The notes: generated from the sequence alone by a model not told the origin. DNA of 64,000 nt from Candidatus Latescibacterota bacterium (GCA_965208835.1 OZ242358.1:2368001-2432000); one strand, 5' to 3'. Numbered from the stretch's first letter, positions 9,789 through 19,291 are shown. Numbers and translations are program-made.

Positions 9789-12200
9789 TTACGTTTCTGT
9801 GGACGCTTTTTCCTGAACTTCCGGCTTGCCGATGCGATAGCCGACCCCGTGTTCCGTGAAGATGTACCGAGGTTCGTCGGCATCGTCTCCCAACTTCCGC
9901 CGGAGCCGCTTGACCAGCGTACGGACCCTGCGCAGGTCCACGCCGCGTCGCCTGCCCCAGATTCGACGCAGCAGCGCATCGTGCGTCACCACCCGACCGG
10001 GGTTTACACAGAGTTCATACAGCAACTCGTACTCATGTGCGGTCAATTCCACGCGGCGTCCGCCCACGGTCACGCTCCGCTCCTCGAAATTGACGGTGAG
10101 GTCCTGCAATACGCATGGCTCCTCAATGTCCTTACGCAACGGACCGGGTTCCTTGCGCAGCGCCGCCTTGATGCGTACGACGAGTTCGGTGGGAGAAAAA
10201 GGCTTCACGATATAGTCCGACGCGCCCAGCGCGAACGCCCGCTCGATGTTCTCTTCCTGGCCGTATCCGGAGAGAAAGATGACCGGGATCCTGTCGATCT
10301 CCAGGATATCCTTCATCAGTTCGAATCCGTCCGTGCCGGGCAGTACGAGGTCGAGGAGGACCAGGCGAGGCTCGCGCGACTCGATCAGTTTCGCCACTTC
10401 GCCGGGATCGCCCGTTACAATCGCTGCGTACCCCGCTTGTGTAAGGATTTCACGCACGGACCTCAAGGTCTGCGGGTCGTCATCCACCGCGAGGATTGCG
10501 CCGTTGTGACTTTCGCTATCGCGCGCGGGCTCACCGGGACGCGCAGGGGCGCGGGCCGCGGATGCCGGAGTTTCCTCGGCAACCGGTACCGTGAAGGTGA
10601 CCTTCGTGCCAAGGCCCGGTCCGTCGCTCTCGGCCCACACTCTTCCACCGTGGGCCTCCACGATCCCCTTGCAGATGGCAAGCCCCAACCCGGTGCCCTG
10701 GGCGACCCTCTCATCGCTGTTGCTGTCGATTCGTGAAAACTTCCTGAAGAGTTGCGGCAGGAGGTCCGCGGTCAGACCCTTACCTTCGTCGATAACTGAG
10801 ATATGAACCTGGAAATCTTCACGCAACGCGGCCAGCCGGATCGGCGATGACGCGTCGGAGTACCTGGCGGCATTGAAGAGGAGATTGTCCAGAACCTGGA
10901 CGATGCGGCGCCTGTCAACCATAACCCAGGGCAGGTCCGGCGAAAGGTTGATTTCTACAGCGCGCGCGTCGCCGCCCCGCAGGAAGGTATTCCTTGCCTC
11001 ATCGACGATTTCCCCCACGTCGGCCGGCTCCGGCGTGATCGCGAGCGAACCCGTCTCGATTCTGGCCACGTCGAGCAGGTCGCTGATCTGGTCCCGCATG
11101 CGATCCGCCTGCTGGTCGATGATCCGGTAGAATTGACGTGCTTCGGCAGGATCGAGTATCGACGCATCGTCAAGCAAGGCGGCGGTCGAGCCCTTGATGG
11201 ACGTCAACGGAACCCGAAGTTCGTGGCTGACCATGCCCAGGAACTCGGCGCGAAGCCGCTCCAGGTCCTCCAGGGGCGTCATGTCCTGGATGGTCACGAC
11301 AACCGACTCGATATCGCCGTTCCCGGAACGGATGGGCGTGGCATTGACCAGCGTCGTCACGGACCGTCCGTCGGGAACCTGGAGGATGATCTCCTCCGCA
11401 CGCACAGTTTCTCCTGATCCCAGTAACTCGGCCACTTGAACCTCTTCCAGGGAAACCACTCGACCGTCGGCGCGCCGGAACGTAATCACTTCGAGCAGCT
11501 GCTCCTCCGGATGGCCCGGCGTGAGCAGGGCGCCCACGAGCCGTCTCGCCTCGCGGTTGAACGTCAGCGGCGCACCGGACTTGGCGTCGAAGACCACGAC
11601 CCCGACGGGTGAGGTGTCGATCAGAGTCTCCAGGTCGAGCCTTGCCTTCTGCTCGTCCCGGTGCCGGCGTGCATTGGCGATGACCGGCGCCGCCTGCGAG
11701 GCAAACATCGCCAGGGTTTCTTCGTCCGCCGCCGTGAACGTATCGTTGCCTCCCTTCTCGCAGAGACTGAACGTCCCCACGCTCTGGCCGCGGTAGCGGA
11801 TGGGCGTCGCCAACGCCGCGGGGGCGGGACTCAGAGGTATTTGAGGGCGGAACTCGGGCAGACCTTGAGACCGGAGGTAGCTGTGGAGATTCCGAAGCCG
11901 CAGCGGCTCCCTTATATGGGTGAAGTGTTCAAAAAGCTTGTGCCTCTCCGGCCTCAACCACAATCGCCTGGACTGATTGGGCGATAATCCGGACGTCTTG
12001 CAGTCCTGCACCCGCCCCTCATCGTCAAGCAGTACCATCAGGCCGTATCTCGCACCGGTCAGCGATCGGGCGCTGTCCAGTACCTCCTGCAATACGGCGT
12101 CGAACTCCAGACTCTCATTGATGCGAAGGCTGGCCTCGCTCAACTTCGACAGGCGGTCGCGGAGGTCCGCTATCTGTTGATCACGTTCGTCGATCTGCAT
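9789..12200 (-). CDS. cytoplasmic hybrid sensor kinase/response regulator: GAF-PAS-HisKA-HATPase-REC-OmpR winged helix
   Basis: VSHELRVPLTSIKG, NLLFNAARYS, DEGKG, GTGLGLAIC, VDDD...LLDLVLPG...VKPF, LTAHEYELL...RKLGDD...GVGYRI. No transmembrane segment. Confidence 0.93.
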   Translation of the reverse strand: MQIDERDQQIADLRDRLSKLSEASLRINESLEFDAVLQEVLDSARSLTGARYGLMVLLDDEGRVQDCKTSGLSPNQSRRLWLRPERHKLFEHFTHIREPLRLRNLHSYLRSQGLPEFRPQIPLSPAPAALATPIRYRGQSVGTFSLCEKGGNDTFTAADEETLAMFASQAAPVIANARRHRDEQKARLDLETLIDTSPVGVVVFDAKSGAPLTFNREARRLVGALLTPGHPEEQLLEVITFRRADGRVVSLEEVQVAELLGSGETVRAEEIILQVPDGRSVTTLVNATPIRSGNGDIESVVVTIQDMTPLEDLERLRAEFLGMVSHELRVPLTSIKGSTAALLDDASILDPAEARQFYRIIDQQADRMRDQISDLLDVARIETGSLAITPEPADVGEIVDEARNTFLRGGDARAVEINLSPDLPWVMVDRRRIVQVLDNLLFNAARYSDASSPIRLAALREDFQVHISVIDEGKGLTADLLPQLFRKFSRIDSNSDERVAQGTGLGLAICKGIVEAHGGRVWAESDGPGLGTKVTFTVPVAEETPASAARAPARPGEPARDSESHNGAILAVDDDPQTLRSVREILTQAGYAAIVTGDPGEVAKLIESREPRLVLLDLVLPGTDGFELMKDILEIDRIPVIFLSGYGQEENIERAFALGASDYIVKPFSPTELVVRIKAALRKEPGPLRKDIEEPCVLQDLTVNFEERSVTVGGRRVELTAHEYELLYELCVNPGRVVTHDALLRRIWGRRRGVDLRRVRTLVKRLRRKLGDDADEPRYIFTEHGVGYRIGKPEVQEKASTET

Positions 12201-12300
12201 CTCCTTCTAACCTCGATATGTCGGTGTTTGCACCCTCGTCAGGTTTTTCCCGGTGCTGCGAGCGGGGTGCATTTCAGAGTTGCGAATCAGCCTCAATCGA

Positions 12301-12482
12301 AAAAAACAGTCACGCGGCGACGCGATAAAACCCTCCGAAACAGGGCGTTCTCGACGTATAGAAGGACGTTTCTTCCTTCACGTCCAGTGACCTGGTGTAT
12401 CCTGGCAATCAGCCGTCTAATCGCCTTTATTTACAATCATATATTCGAATTTACGTACCCGAAGACTTACGAATCAAGGTCA
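12301..12482 (+). repeat. ~185-bp dispersed non-coding element, copy A
   Basis: About 80% identical by eye to 55957-56138 over the core. Shared blocks CCTGGTGTATCCTGG, TAATCGCCTTT, CATATATTCGA, CGAAGAC.TACGAATC. Confidence 0.8.
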
Positions 12483-12645
12483 GTTGCAGGCCAATGGAGC
12501 GAAAGACCATTGCAACAGGTAAATTCACGGTGTGTTTTCGAACGTCACGCGACGTGCGGTAAGTTCACTCGATTGGTGACAATATAGGTCAGGATGTTTC
12601 CTGAATCCAGCGCATTTTCGGAGCGGCGCGTCAATTCACCGGATG

Positions 12646-13881
12646 TCACGTTTCGACGTCCGGGTCCTCCATGTCTCCGAGACGATATCCTTCCCCAGGC
12701 TGATTGAGTATGTAAGTGGGATTGTTCGCGTCGTCTCCCAACTTGCGGCGGATTTTCTTTACCGTTGTTCGCAACCGCCGCGTGTCAGTGGAATCCAGCG
12801 TGTCCCAGACCCGCCGCAGCAGATCCCCACTGGTCTTCAGCCGCCCCGCGTAGGACGACAGCTCCACCATCAGACGGTACTCGAGCCTGGTCAGATGGAT
12901 CTGCCTTCCCGCGATCGTCACTTTACGCCTGTTGTAGTCAATTCTCAAATCTCCCAGAACGAACGGATCTTCCGGTACGGGGTTTTCCCGCTCCTTCCGG
13001 CGACGCAGCGCTGCCCTGATCCTGGCCGATAGTTCGGCGGGCGCAAAGGGTTTGACCACGTAGTCGGCTGCACCGGCATCGAGTGCGCGGGCGATCGCTT
13101 CCTCGTGCGCGTACGCAGAAAGGAAGATGACCGGAAGATCGGGATCGGTAATAACGTCGGTCATCACGTCAACCCCGTCGGTTCCCGTCAGGACCAGATC
13201 CAGCAGCACGAGGGCCGGTCGGTGTTTCTCCAGTAGTCCGGGTATTTCGTGCGGATTGCCGGTCACGCGGGCGTGATATCCTTCTCCGGTCAGGAAGTCT
13301 TTGACTCTTCGCAGTGTCTGAGTGTCATCGTCCACGACCAGGATGGACTGCGGCTCCCGCCCCCTCGTACGCCTTTCCGCGTCGACTGCAAGATCGCTGC
13401 GCCGCCGCACCAGATCCTCCAGGGGTGCCAGATCCTGCAGCGTCACCACAAGCCACTCGACCCCGCCGTCGCCTGTAAGAATCGGTCTGGCGTTCATCAA
13501 TGCAGTCACCCGTCGGCCACCGCGGATCCGGACCTCGACGTCCGCCGCCCGGATCGTCTCGCCCGCGCTCGCCGCCCGGGCAACGGGATGCTCCTCGAGC
13601 GAGAGCATTCGCCCGTCGCCTCGTCGAACGGAGACCGTCTCCAGGAAATGACCCATCGACTGCCCTGGCGTCAACAGGTCGCCGGCGAGCCTGCTCGCCT
13701 CCGGGTTGACGGTCGACAGCGTTCCCGTTACGACGTCGATAGTGACGATGCCAACCGGCAACGTGTCTATCAGTGCGCTCAGGTCGAGGCTCTCGTTGTT
13801 CCGCACGCTCGCTTGGCTCGACGTCTCAGGCTGCACCCCAAGAGTCGGGTCTATGCCTTCAGTCCGTTCCCCGGACCCCAT
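12646..13881 (-). CDS. PAS-REC-OmpR winged-helix regulator (kinase-less paralog of 9789-12200)
   Basis: PAS (LIDTLPVG...LQDLAPLEDL) joined by a short linker to ILVVDDD...LLDLVLTG...VKPF and LTRLEYRL...RKLGDD...GEGYRL. RBS GGAGAG precedes ATG 13881. Confidence 0.88.
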   Translation of the reverse strand: MGSGERTEGIDPTLGVQPETSSQASVRNNESLDLSALIDTLPVGIVTIDVVTGTLSTVNPEASRLAGDLLTPGQSMGHFLETVSVRRGDGRMLSLEEHPVARAASAGETIRAADVEVRIRGGRRVTALMNARPILTGDGGVEWLVVTLQDLAPLEDLVRRRSDLAVDAERRTRGREPQSILVVDDDTQTLRRVKDFLTGEGYHARVTGNPHEIPGLLEKHRPALVLLDLVLTGTDGVDVMTDVITDPDLPVIFLSAYAHEEAIARALDAGAADYVVKPFAPAELSARIRAALRRRKERENPVPEDPFVLGDLRIDYNRRKVTIAGRQIHLTRLEYRLMVELSSYAGRLKTSGDLLRRVWDTLDSTDTRRLRTTVKKIRRKLGDDANNPTYILNQPGEGYRLGDMEDPDVET

Positions 13882-14000
13882 GGTCTCTCCATGATCAACT
13901 GATTGAACTCCGTGACGTTCCGGAATGTGTTTGACGAAAACTTCACCTCGAAGGTTTACAGACCCTGTGGCGAGGAGGTTTTTGTTGCACGACCAAATAA

Positions 14001-14070
14001 TCACAATAAAATCACAAGAAATCTTTCCAGAAGTCACTATTTAGTCACATTAGTATTGTATATTAGTCAA
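14001..14070. promoter_or_regulatory. 11-bp-phased TCAC direct-repeat operator in a divergent promoter
   Basis: TCAC at 14001, 14012, 14034, 14045 and TCAA at 14067, all in exact 11-bp register. Confidence 0.7.
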
Positions 14071-14253
14071 CATAGGCGGCCAACAGATGTCCGTCAAGGC
14101 AAATTGAGGTCAAAAGCCCTTGAAATATCATAATATAACCGTACCCGTAACTGCTCTGGGCAGGCCTGGTGCGTAACGGAAGCGCTGTGGATATGCGAGA
14201 CGATCGCGGAGCCAGGCGGAATGGACACGGCCGAAACAAGAAGGGAGAGATAT

Positions 14254-17067
14254 ATGCATAGAAGAAGCCTCCGACTCGCCGTACGGATCGCATTGATCTC
14301 CATCGTTGTCGGACTGAACGTCTTTCAGGGCCCGTCCGAGGTCTTCGCCGACCACGAGATCGCTACCATGACGGCGATGAACGTGATCTCCGTACCTCCT
14401 GATTCCGCCTTCTTCAGAGTTTTCTTTTCGAATGACCCCAATGGGGAGACCTACGGGCTGGGAGAGATCATTGAAATCGAGGCCACCTTCAACAGGGGCA
14501 TGCTGGTCACCGGCAGCGGCGAGGTCAAGATGGACCTCACCGTCGGCGACTCGACGCGGACCGCCACGTACCATCGCGGATCCGGCACGAGAAAGCTGGT
14601 GTTCCGTTACGAAGTGATCGCGACGGACGCGGACACCGACGGGATCAGCGCACCCGCGACAGCCTGGAGGGGAAGCGGCACGGTGAAGACCTCTGTTTCC
14701 AACTTTGCGGCGGTGTTCACCCCCATAGGGCTCGACACCCAGTCCGGTCACAGGGTGAACGGCAGCCTCGGGCCCTGGGTCACCAACGTGGAAATCGCCT
14801 CCACCCCTGCCTCCGGCACCACCTACCGGCATGGAGAAGAGGTCGAGATCGACGTGACGTACACCGCTCCCGTGCGGGTCGACAGCGTCGACCAACCCTG
14901 GTTACCCTATTTCTGGAACAGGGCGTCGGATGGCACGGAACAGCAGAATCTTGCCTGGTACCGGAGCGGAAGCGGTACAAACACGCTGCGTCTCTCCTTT
15001 ACGGTGAGATCCGAATTCAAGGACACCGACGGGGTCCGGATCGCGAGTGCTGCCCCTGACAGCCCAGGCCAGAGAAGGGAAAGAATCGTCTGGGCGTTGA
15101 ACCACGACGGCGTGAGGGCGCCCTGGAGAATGTCAGGGCTCGATGCGGATGCCGACCACCAGATGAACGGGGAGCCGTACATCAAGGGGGTTGCCATCAC
15201 CTCGAGCCCGGCATACGGCGCCACCTACCGGCGCACGGAGGCGATCCGGATCACGTTCACCTTCGACCAGAACGTCCGGGTAGAGGGCACCGTAACCAAG
15301 AACTTGAAGTTCACCTATGGCGACGGCGAGTCCACCAGCCCGCATGCCCAATACGCCTCCGGCAACCGCACCAGGGCATTGGTCTTCAAACACACCGTCG
15401 TGGAAGGGGATGAAGACACGGACGGTCTCACCGTCCTGGCGGGCAATGACGGCGGGTGGGGGGGGAGCGGCAAGATCTGGTCGTCGCGCCCGGCGGGTTC
15501 CCTGGAGACTTCCGCGCAAGCCGATCTGACCCACGGCGAAATCGCGAACGCCGACAGCCACAAGGTGGACGGAGGGCTGACCCTGCCCGCTCCCGGCATC
15601 TCGTCGGTCGTGCTGGTTACGGATCCGGGGGACGACTCCACGTATGTCGCCGGCGACTGGATTGGCGCCAAGGTGACCTTCGACGAAAGCGTGTCCGTCA
15701 CGGGCACTCCGCAGCTCGGGTTGGCAATCGGGACAACGGAGAAGACCGCCCGGTTCGGGCAGGGCTCGTTCGAGGGAAGTGTGAGCCCCGGCGACAGGAC
15801 CGCCGGCCCCGAGGTGGTCTTCGGCTACCAGGTGCAGGCGGGCGACGTCGACAGTGACGGCATCGCCATCGGGGAGGACAAGCTCACGCTAAACGGGGGC
15901 GCCATCAAGCAGGCCGTGACGGACGTGGCCGCGGACCTGAGCCACGAACCCATGGCCACCGATACCGGCCACAAGGTGGATGCCGTGGCCCCGGTCCTGT
16001 CATCCATCGCCATCAGCTCCCGTGCGGGCGGCGACAGGCTCTACGCCGTTGGCGACAGCATCGAGGTGACGATGACCTTCAGCGAGGAGGTGACGGTTTC
16101 CGGCGCTCCGCAACTGGATCTGGACCTCGGCGGTGAGGCGAGAACGGCCACCTACGACTTCACTGGAGACTCGTCCGCGGTCTTTGCCTACGTCGTTCAG
16201 GAGGGTGACGCCGACACGGACGGCATCGCCATCGACGCCGACACCCTCAGTCTCGGCGACGACGACGCCATCACGGACCTTGTCGGCAATTCAGCTGAGC
16301 TGGCCTTCTCGGCCGTAGCCGCCGACAGCGCCCACAGGGTCGACGGGGTGTCTCCGACGCTCAGCTCCGCGGAGGTCTACCACACCGGCAGCAAGGTCAA
16401 CCTGTTTTTCAGCGAGCACGTCACCGTTCCCCGGATTCTCTACACGATCAGGAGTATCGTCAACGTAAATCTCGGTCAGTTCTTCATAGCGGTCCTGACG
16501 GTCGAGGTGGACGGCGACCAGGTGAGGCCCAGTTCCGCCTCTCTTCACGGTCTCTCGTTGCAGCTGAACCTCCCCGCCTCGAGTCGGGTGACCGAGAGCC
16601 AGCGGGTCAAAGTGTCCTACGACAACATCTTCGCCCGCGATGCGGTGGGGCTCTTCATCGACAGGGTCGGCAACCCGTTGGCCAACTTCGACGCCACCAG
16701 TGTACCGAACAATTCCAACCAGGCGGACGCGGACGAACCGGACGTAGGAGAACTTGCATTGAGCCGGGACGAAATCAGGATCACCGAAGGAGAAACAAGA
16801 GGGTATACGTTGGCCCTGGCGTCCCAGCCTTCCGACAGTGTGACCGTTGTCGTCAGCAGCTCCTCGAGCAAGCTGTCCACCAATCGCGACAGCCTCACCT
16901 TCACCACGGGTAACTGGTCTACGGCGCAGAGGGTGAGGCTCACTGCCAGCCAGGACGACGACGACCTGAACTATTGGGTGGCCGTGACCAACACGGGTAG
17001 CGGGGGAGGGTACGACGGCGCGAAGCGGTGGGTGCTTGTGGTCATCGACGACGACGACGGCGAATAG
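14254..17067 (+). CDS. secreted surface protein with ~5 Ig-like repeats, a SwmB-like domain and a Calx-beta-like C-terminus
   Basis: Signal-like N-terminus; repeats TYxxGExIxxxxTF...GSGTxxLxFxYxVxxxDxDxDGI...HxVxG; PTLSSAEV...VKVSY...GNPLANF; ITEGETRGYTLALASQP. RBS AAGGGAG. Confidence 0.8.
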   Translation: MHRRSLRLAVRIALISIVVGLNVFQGPSEVFADHEIATMTAMNVISVPPDSAFFRVFFSNDPNGETYGLGEIIEIEATFNRGMLVTGSGEVKMDLTVGDSTRTATYHRGSGTRKLVFRYEVIATDADTDGISAPATAWRGSGTVKTSVSNFAAVFTPIGLDTQSGHRVNGSLGPWVTNVEIASTPASGTTYRHGEEVEIDVTYTAPVRVDSVDQPWLPYFWNRASDGTEQQNLAWYRSGSGTNTLRLSFTVRSEFKDTDGVRIASAAPDSPGQRRERIVWALNHDGVRAPWRMSGLDADADHQMNGEPYIKGVAITSSPAYGATYRRTEAIRITFTFDQNVRVEGTVTKNLKFTYGDGESTSPHAQYASGNRTRALVFKHTVVEGDEDTDGLTVLAGNDGGWGGSGKIWSSRPAGSLETSAQADLTHGEIANADSHKVDGGLTLPAPGISSVVLVTDPGDDSTYVAGDWIGAKVTFDESVSVTGTPQLGLAIGTTEKTARFGQGSFEGSVSPGDRTAGPEVVFGYQVQAGDVDSDGIAIGEDKLTLNGGAIKQAVTDVAADLSHEPMATDTGHKVDAVAPVLSSIAISSRAGGDRLYAVGDSIEVTMTFSEEVTVSGAPQLDLDLGGEARTATYDFTGDSSAVFAYVVQEGDADTDGIAIDADTLSLGDDDAITDLVGNSAELAFSAVAADSAHRVDGVSPTLSSAEVYHTGSKVNLFFSEHVTVPRILYTIRSIVNVNLGQFFIAVLTVEVDGDQVRPSSASLHGLSLQLNLPASSRVTESQRVKVSYDNIFARDAVGLFIDRVGNPLANFDATSVPNNSNQADADEPDVGELALSRDEIRITEGETRGYTLALASQPSDSVTVVVSSSSSKLSTNRDSLTFTTGNWSTAQRVRLTASQDDDDLNYWVAVTNTGSGGGYDGAKRWVLVVIDDDDGE

Positions 17068-17076
17068 GGGAGAGGC

Positions 17077-18345
17077 GTGACCAATCACTGGTGCAGGATG
17101 AAAGCATTGATATTGTTCCTTATCTCGATGTATCCGGCCTCTTTGCGGGCAGACGCGGCCTCTCCGCCGGATACGTGGAACCTGGTTCAAAACAGTCTGA
17201 ATTTCAACGTTCGGACCATCATCTATCCGGCGGAAGGGAATGAGGATCCCATTCCCGTGACGCCCTATCTCACCCTTGAATTGTACCGGTGCAACTCCTA
17301 CAAGCTAACCGTTGGGGTACGGGCGGCAGCGGGGTACAGGTTTCCCCATTTCCTGCCGGACCCGCCGGTTCACGAACCGGCTCCCGAATCGAGAGCGATC
17401 GCAGCGTTCGGCTACTATACGCTGCAATCCGATACCCTTCGTTTCAACGCTCATTATCTGAGCCTGTTCGAAGACGGCGAAGATCTGGAAGACGTCGTAA
17501 AGCAGTCCGATAGCGAGATGGCGCTGGAGGAATACAGGCTCATCATTGCCTTCGTAAACACGATTTTTCTTGACTTCTTCAATGACCTCTACGCAAACCC
17601 GACCCGCGGCAGGCTGGTCTTCATGCTGCCCGGCGACAGCGATTTTGCCGACCCTTCCGTGGATTCTGGCGAGGAAATCGTCTGGGAACTGGTGCCGCAG
17701 GGCGGTCCCTCGTCCATTTCCCGGTCGTCGGTACAGGCCACCGTAAAGGGCGACGGGACGGAGGGCCTGACGGTGGAATTCGCCCGTTCGGTATCGGGGC
17801 GGCCCCCGCAGTACGCCTGGTGTGCGGTCACCGACGGCGACGGCCGCGTGGCGCTCGACGTCGTCACGCTGCACGGTTCGGGAGTCACCGGCTACTACAG
17901 CGCTCGCGCCCGCAATGAAGCCGGCGGGATCGTGGGCCGATGGCACAGCATTCCTCTCAACGAGGACCACCGCCAGATCCTGGAACTGACGCTGGGGGGC
18001 GCCGCCCGCGTTCTGGCCAGCCACGCGCTCTATTCAGCCAGGATTGCACCGCCTGAGAACACACAACCTGAAGCCTGGTTGGCGCCCAATTTTCCCAACC
18101 CGTTCAACAGCAGCACGCTTATCGCATACCGTCTGGCGGAAGCGGGTCCGGTGCGTCTGGAGGTCTTCAATTCCCTGGGCCAGCACCTGAACACGCTGGT
18201 GGACGATCACCAGGCCGCGGGCAGGTACGTGGTCCGGTGGCATGCGCGCGACGGGCGCGGAAATGACATGGCCGCGGGTGTTTACCTGGTGCGCCTGTTC
18301 CATCCGGGAGGCGTGGACGCCCGGCGCATGCTGTATCTCAAGTAA
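17077..18345 (+). CDS. secreted protein with C-terminal FlgD-Ig/T9SS type A-like sorting domain
   Basis: C-terminal NFPNPFNSST...VFNSLGQ...LVD...AAGVYLVRL...MLYLK; signal-like N-terminus. Start may be ATG 17098. Confidence 0.8.
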   Translation: MTNHWCRMKALILFLISMYPASLRADAASPPDTWNLVQNSLNFNVRTIIYPAEGNEDPIPVTPYLTLELYRCNSYKLTVGVRAAAGYRFPHFLPDPPVHEPAPESRAIAAFGYYTLQSDTLRFNAHYLSLFEDGEDLEDVVKQSDSEMALEEYRLIIAFVNTIFLDFFNDLYANPTRGRLVFMLPGDSDFADPSVDSGEEIVWELVPQGGPSSISRSSVQATVKGDGTEGLTVEFARSVSGRPPQYAWCAVTDGDGRVALDVVTLHGSGVTGYYSARARNEAGGIVGRWHSIPLNEDHRQILELTLGGAARVLASHALYSARIAPPENTQPEAWLAPNFPNPFNSSTLIAYRLAEAGPVRLEVFNSLGQHLNTLVDDHQAAGRYVVRWHARDGRGNDMAAGVYLVRLFHPGGVDARRMLYLK

Positions 18346-18421
18346 CGCGACTGAATTGGTTTCCCGGACGGGCTTGAAACACGCCGTTGGACAAACAGAA
18401 TCAGGGATAGGAGGAGATTCA

Positions 18422-19180
18422 ATGAAATACGCACTGTTTCATTCGATTGTCGCGATGGTCGTCCTGGCAACCGCTGTCGCGGCGGAAGAGGATCGTTTTG
18501 AAGGACAGGTCGTCAATCCGCGGTCCCATCCGGTGAAAAGGGTGCAGGTGGAGGTTTACAGGCTCGATGATCCGCGCCAGCGGTTGACCGCGCTGACGGA
18601 CGAAAGCGGGGGTTTCTCGCTGCCGCTGCGAGACCTTGTTCCGCCGAGACCGAATGCGCTGCTGCAGAATCATCCGAATCCGTTCAATCCTTCCACCCTG
18701 ATACCCTTTGAGATCGAGAAACGCGGGCACGTGCGTCTGGACGTTTATAACATTCTGGGACAGCGCTTGATCACGCTGGTCGACGAAGAACGCCCGGCCG
18801 GACTCCACAGGGTGCAGTGGGACGGCACCGACAGACTCGGCAGGGGCGTGAGCGCGGGGGTCTACATCTACCGGCTCAGCACGGGAAACTGGCACGATGC
18901 GCGGAAGCTGATGCTGCTGGACGGCGCGTCGGGACGCGCGGGCGGTAACGCGGCGGGACTCGTGGAAGAAGCAGGGGCTCACACGCTGGGTGTGAAGATT
19001 ACGGGCGAGGAGATCCTGCCGGCGACCTTTACCTGGGGTCGGGGCTCCGGGCCCCTGGTGGTGGAAGTGAAAGGAATTGAAGACCTCATTCCGCCCGAGG
19101 TCGTGGACTCAAAGACCGGGGCCAATCCCTTCTCCGGAATCAGCCTCGCCTCGATAGCTCAAATTGTGTCCGGACGCTGA
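18422..19180 (+). CDS. secreted protein with carboxypeptidase-regulatory-like domain and internal FlgD-Ig domain, possibly C-truncated
   Basis: RBS AGGAGGAG; signal peptide; TDESGGFSL; QNHPNPFNPST...SAGVYIYRL. Confidence 0.75.
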   Translation: MKYALFHSIVAMVVLATAVAAEEDRFEGQVVNPRSHPVKRVQVEVYRLDDPRQRLTALTDESGGFSLPLRDLVPPRPNALLQNHPNPFNPSTLIPFEIEKRGHVRLDVYNILGQRLITLVDEERPAGLHRVQWDGTDRLGRGVSAGVYIYRLSTGNWHDARKLMLLDGASGRAGGNAAGLVEEAGAHTLGVKITGEEILPATFTWGRGSGPLVVEVKGIEDLIPPEVVDSKTGANPFSGISLASIAQIVSGR

Positions 19181-19236
19181 GAGCGACCATCGAACAGGGC
19201 CGGGATCCTCTGATGAGGCGCGGCCCTTCGGAAAAC

Positions 19237-19278
19237 GAAAACGCCCTGCTGATCGATTTTCAGCAGGGCGTTTCTTGT
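19237..19278. terminator. bidirectional intrinsic terminator between ORF 18422 and tRNA-Glu
   Basis: AAAACGCCCTGCTGA-tcgattt-TCAGCAGGGCGTTT. Confidence 0.85.
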
Positions 19279-19291
19279 TTGTTTTTTTATA

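Noticed and set aside
12177-12587. Protein-coding reading of the duplicated ~185-bp element
   Set aside because: Copy B has an in-frame TGA just upstream and no start codon, and differences between copies are mostly non-synonymous.
19210-19275. Hammerhead ribozyme (CTGATGAG...CGAAA followed by a long stem)
   Set aside because: No stem II closes directly onto GAAA and no stem I partner exists. The long stem is better explained as the tRNA terminator.
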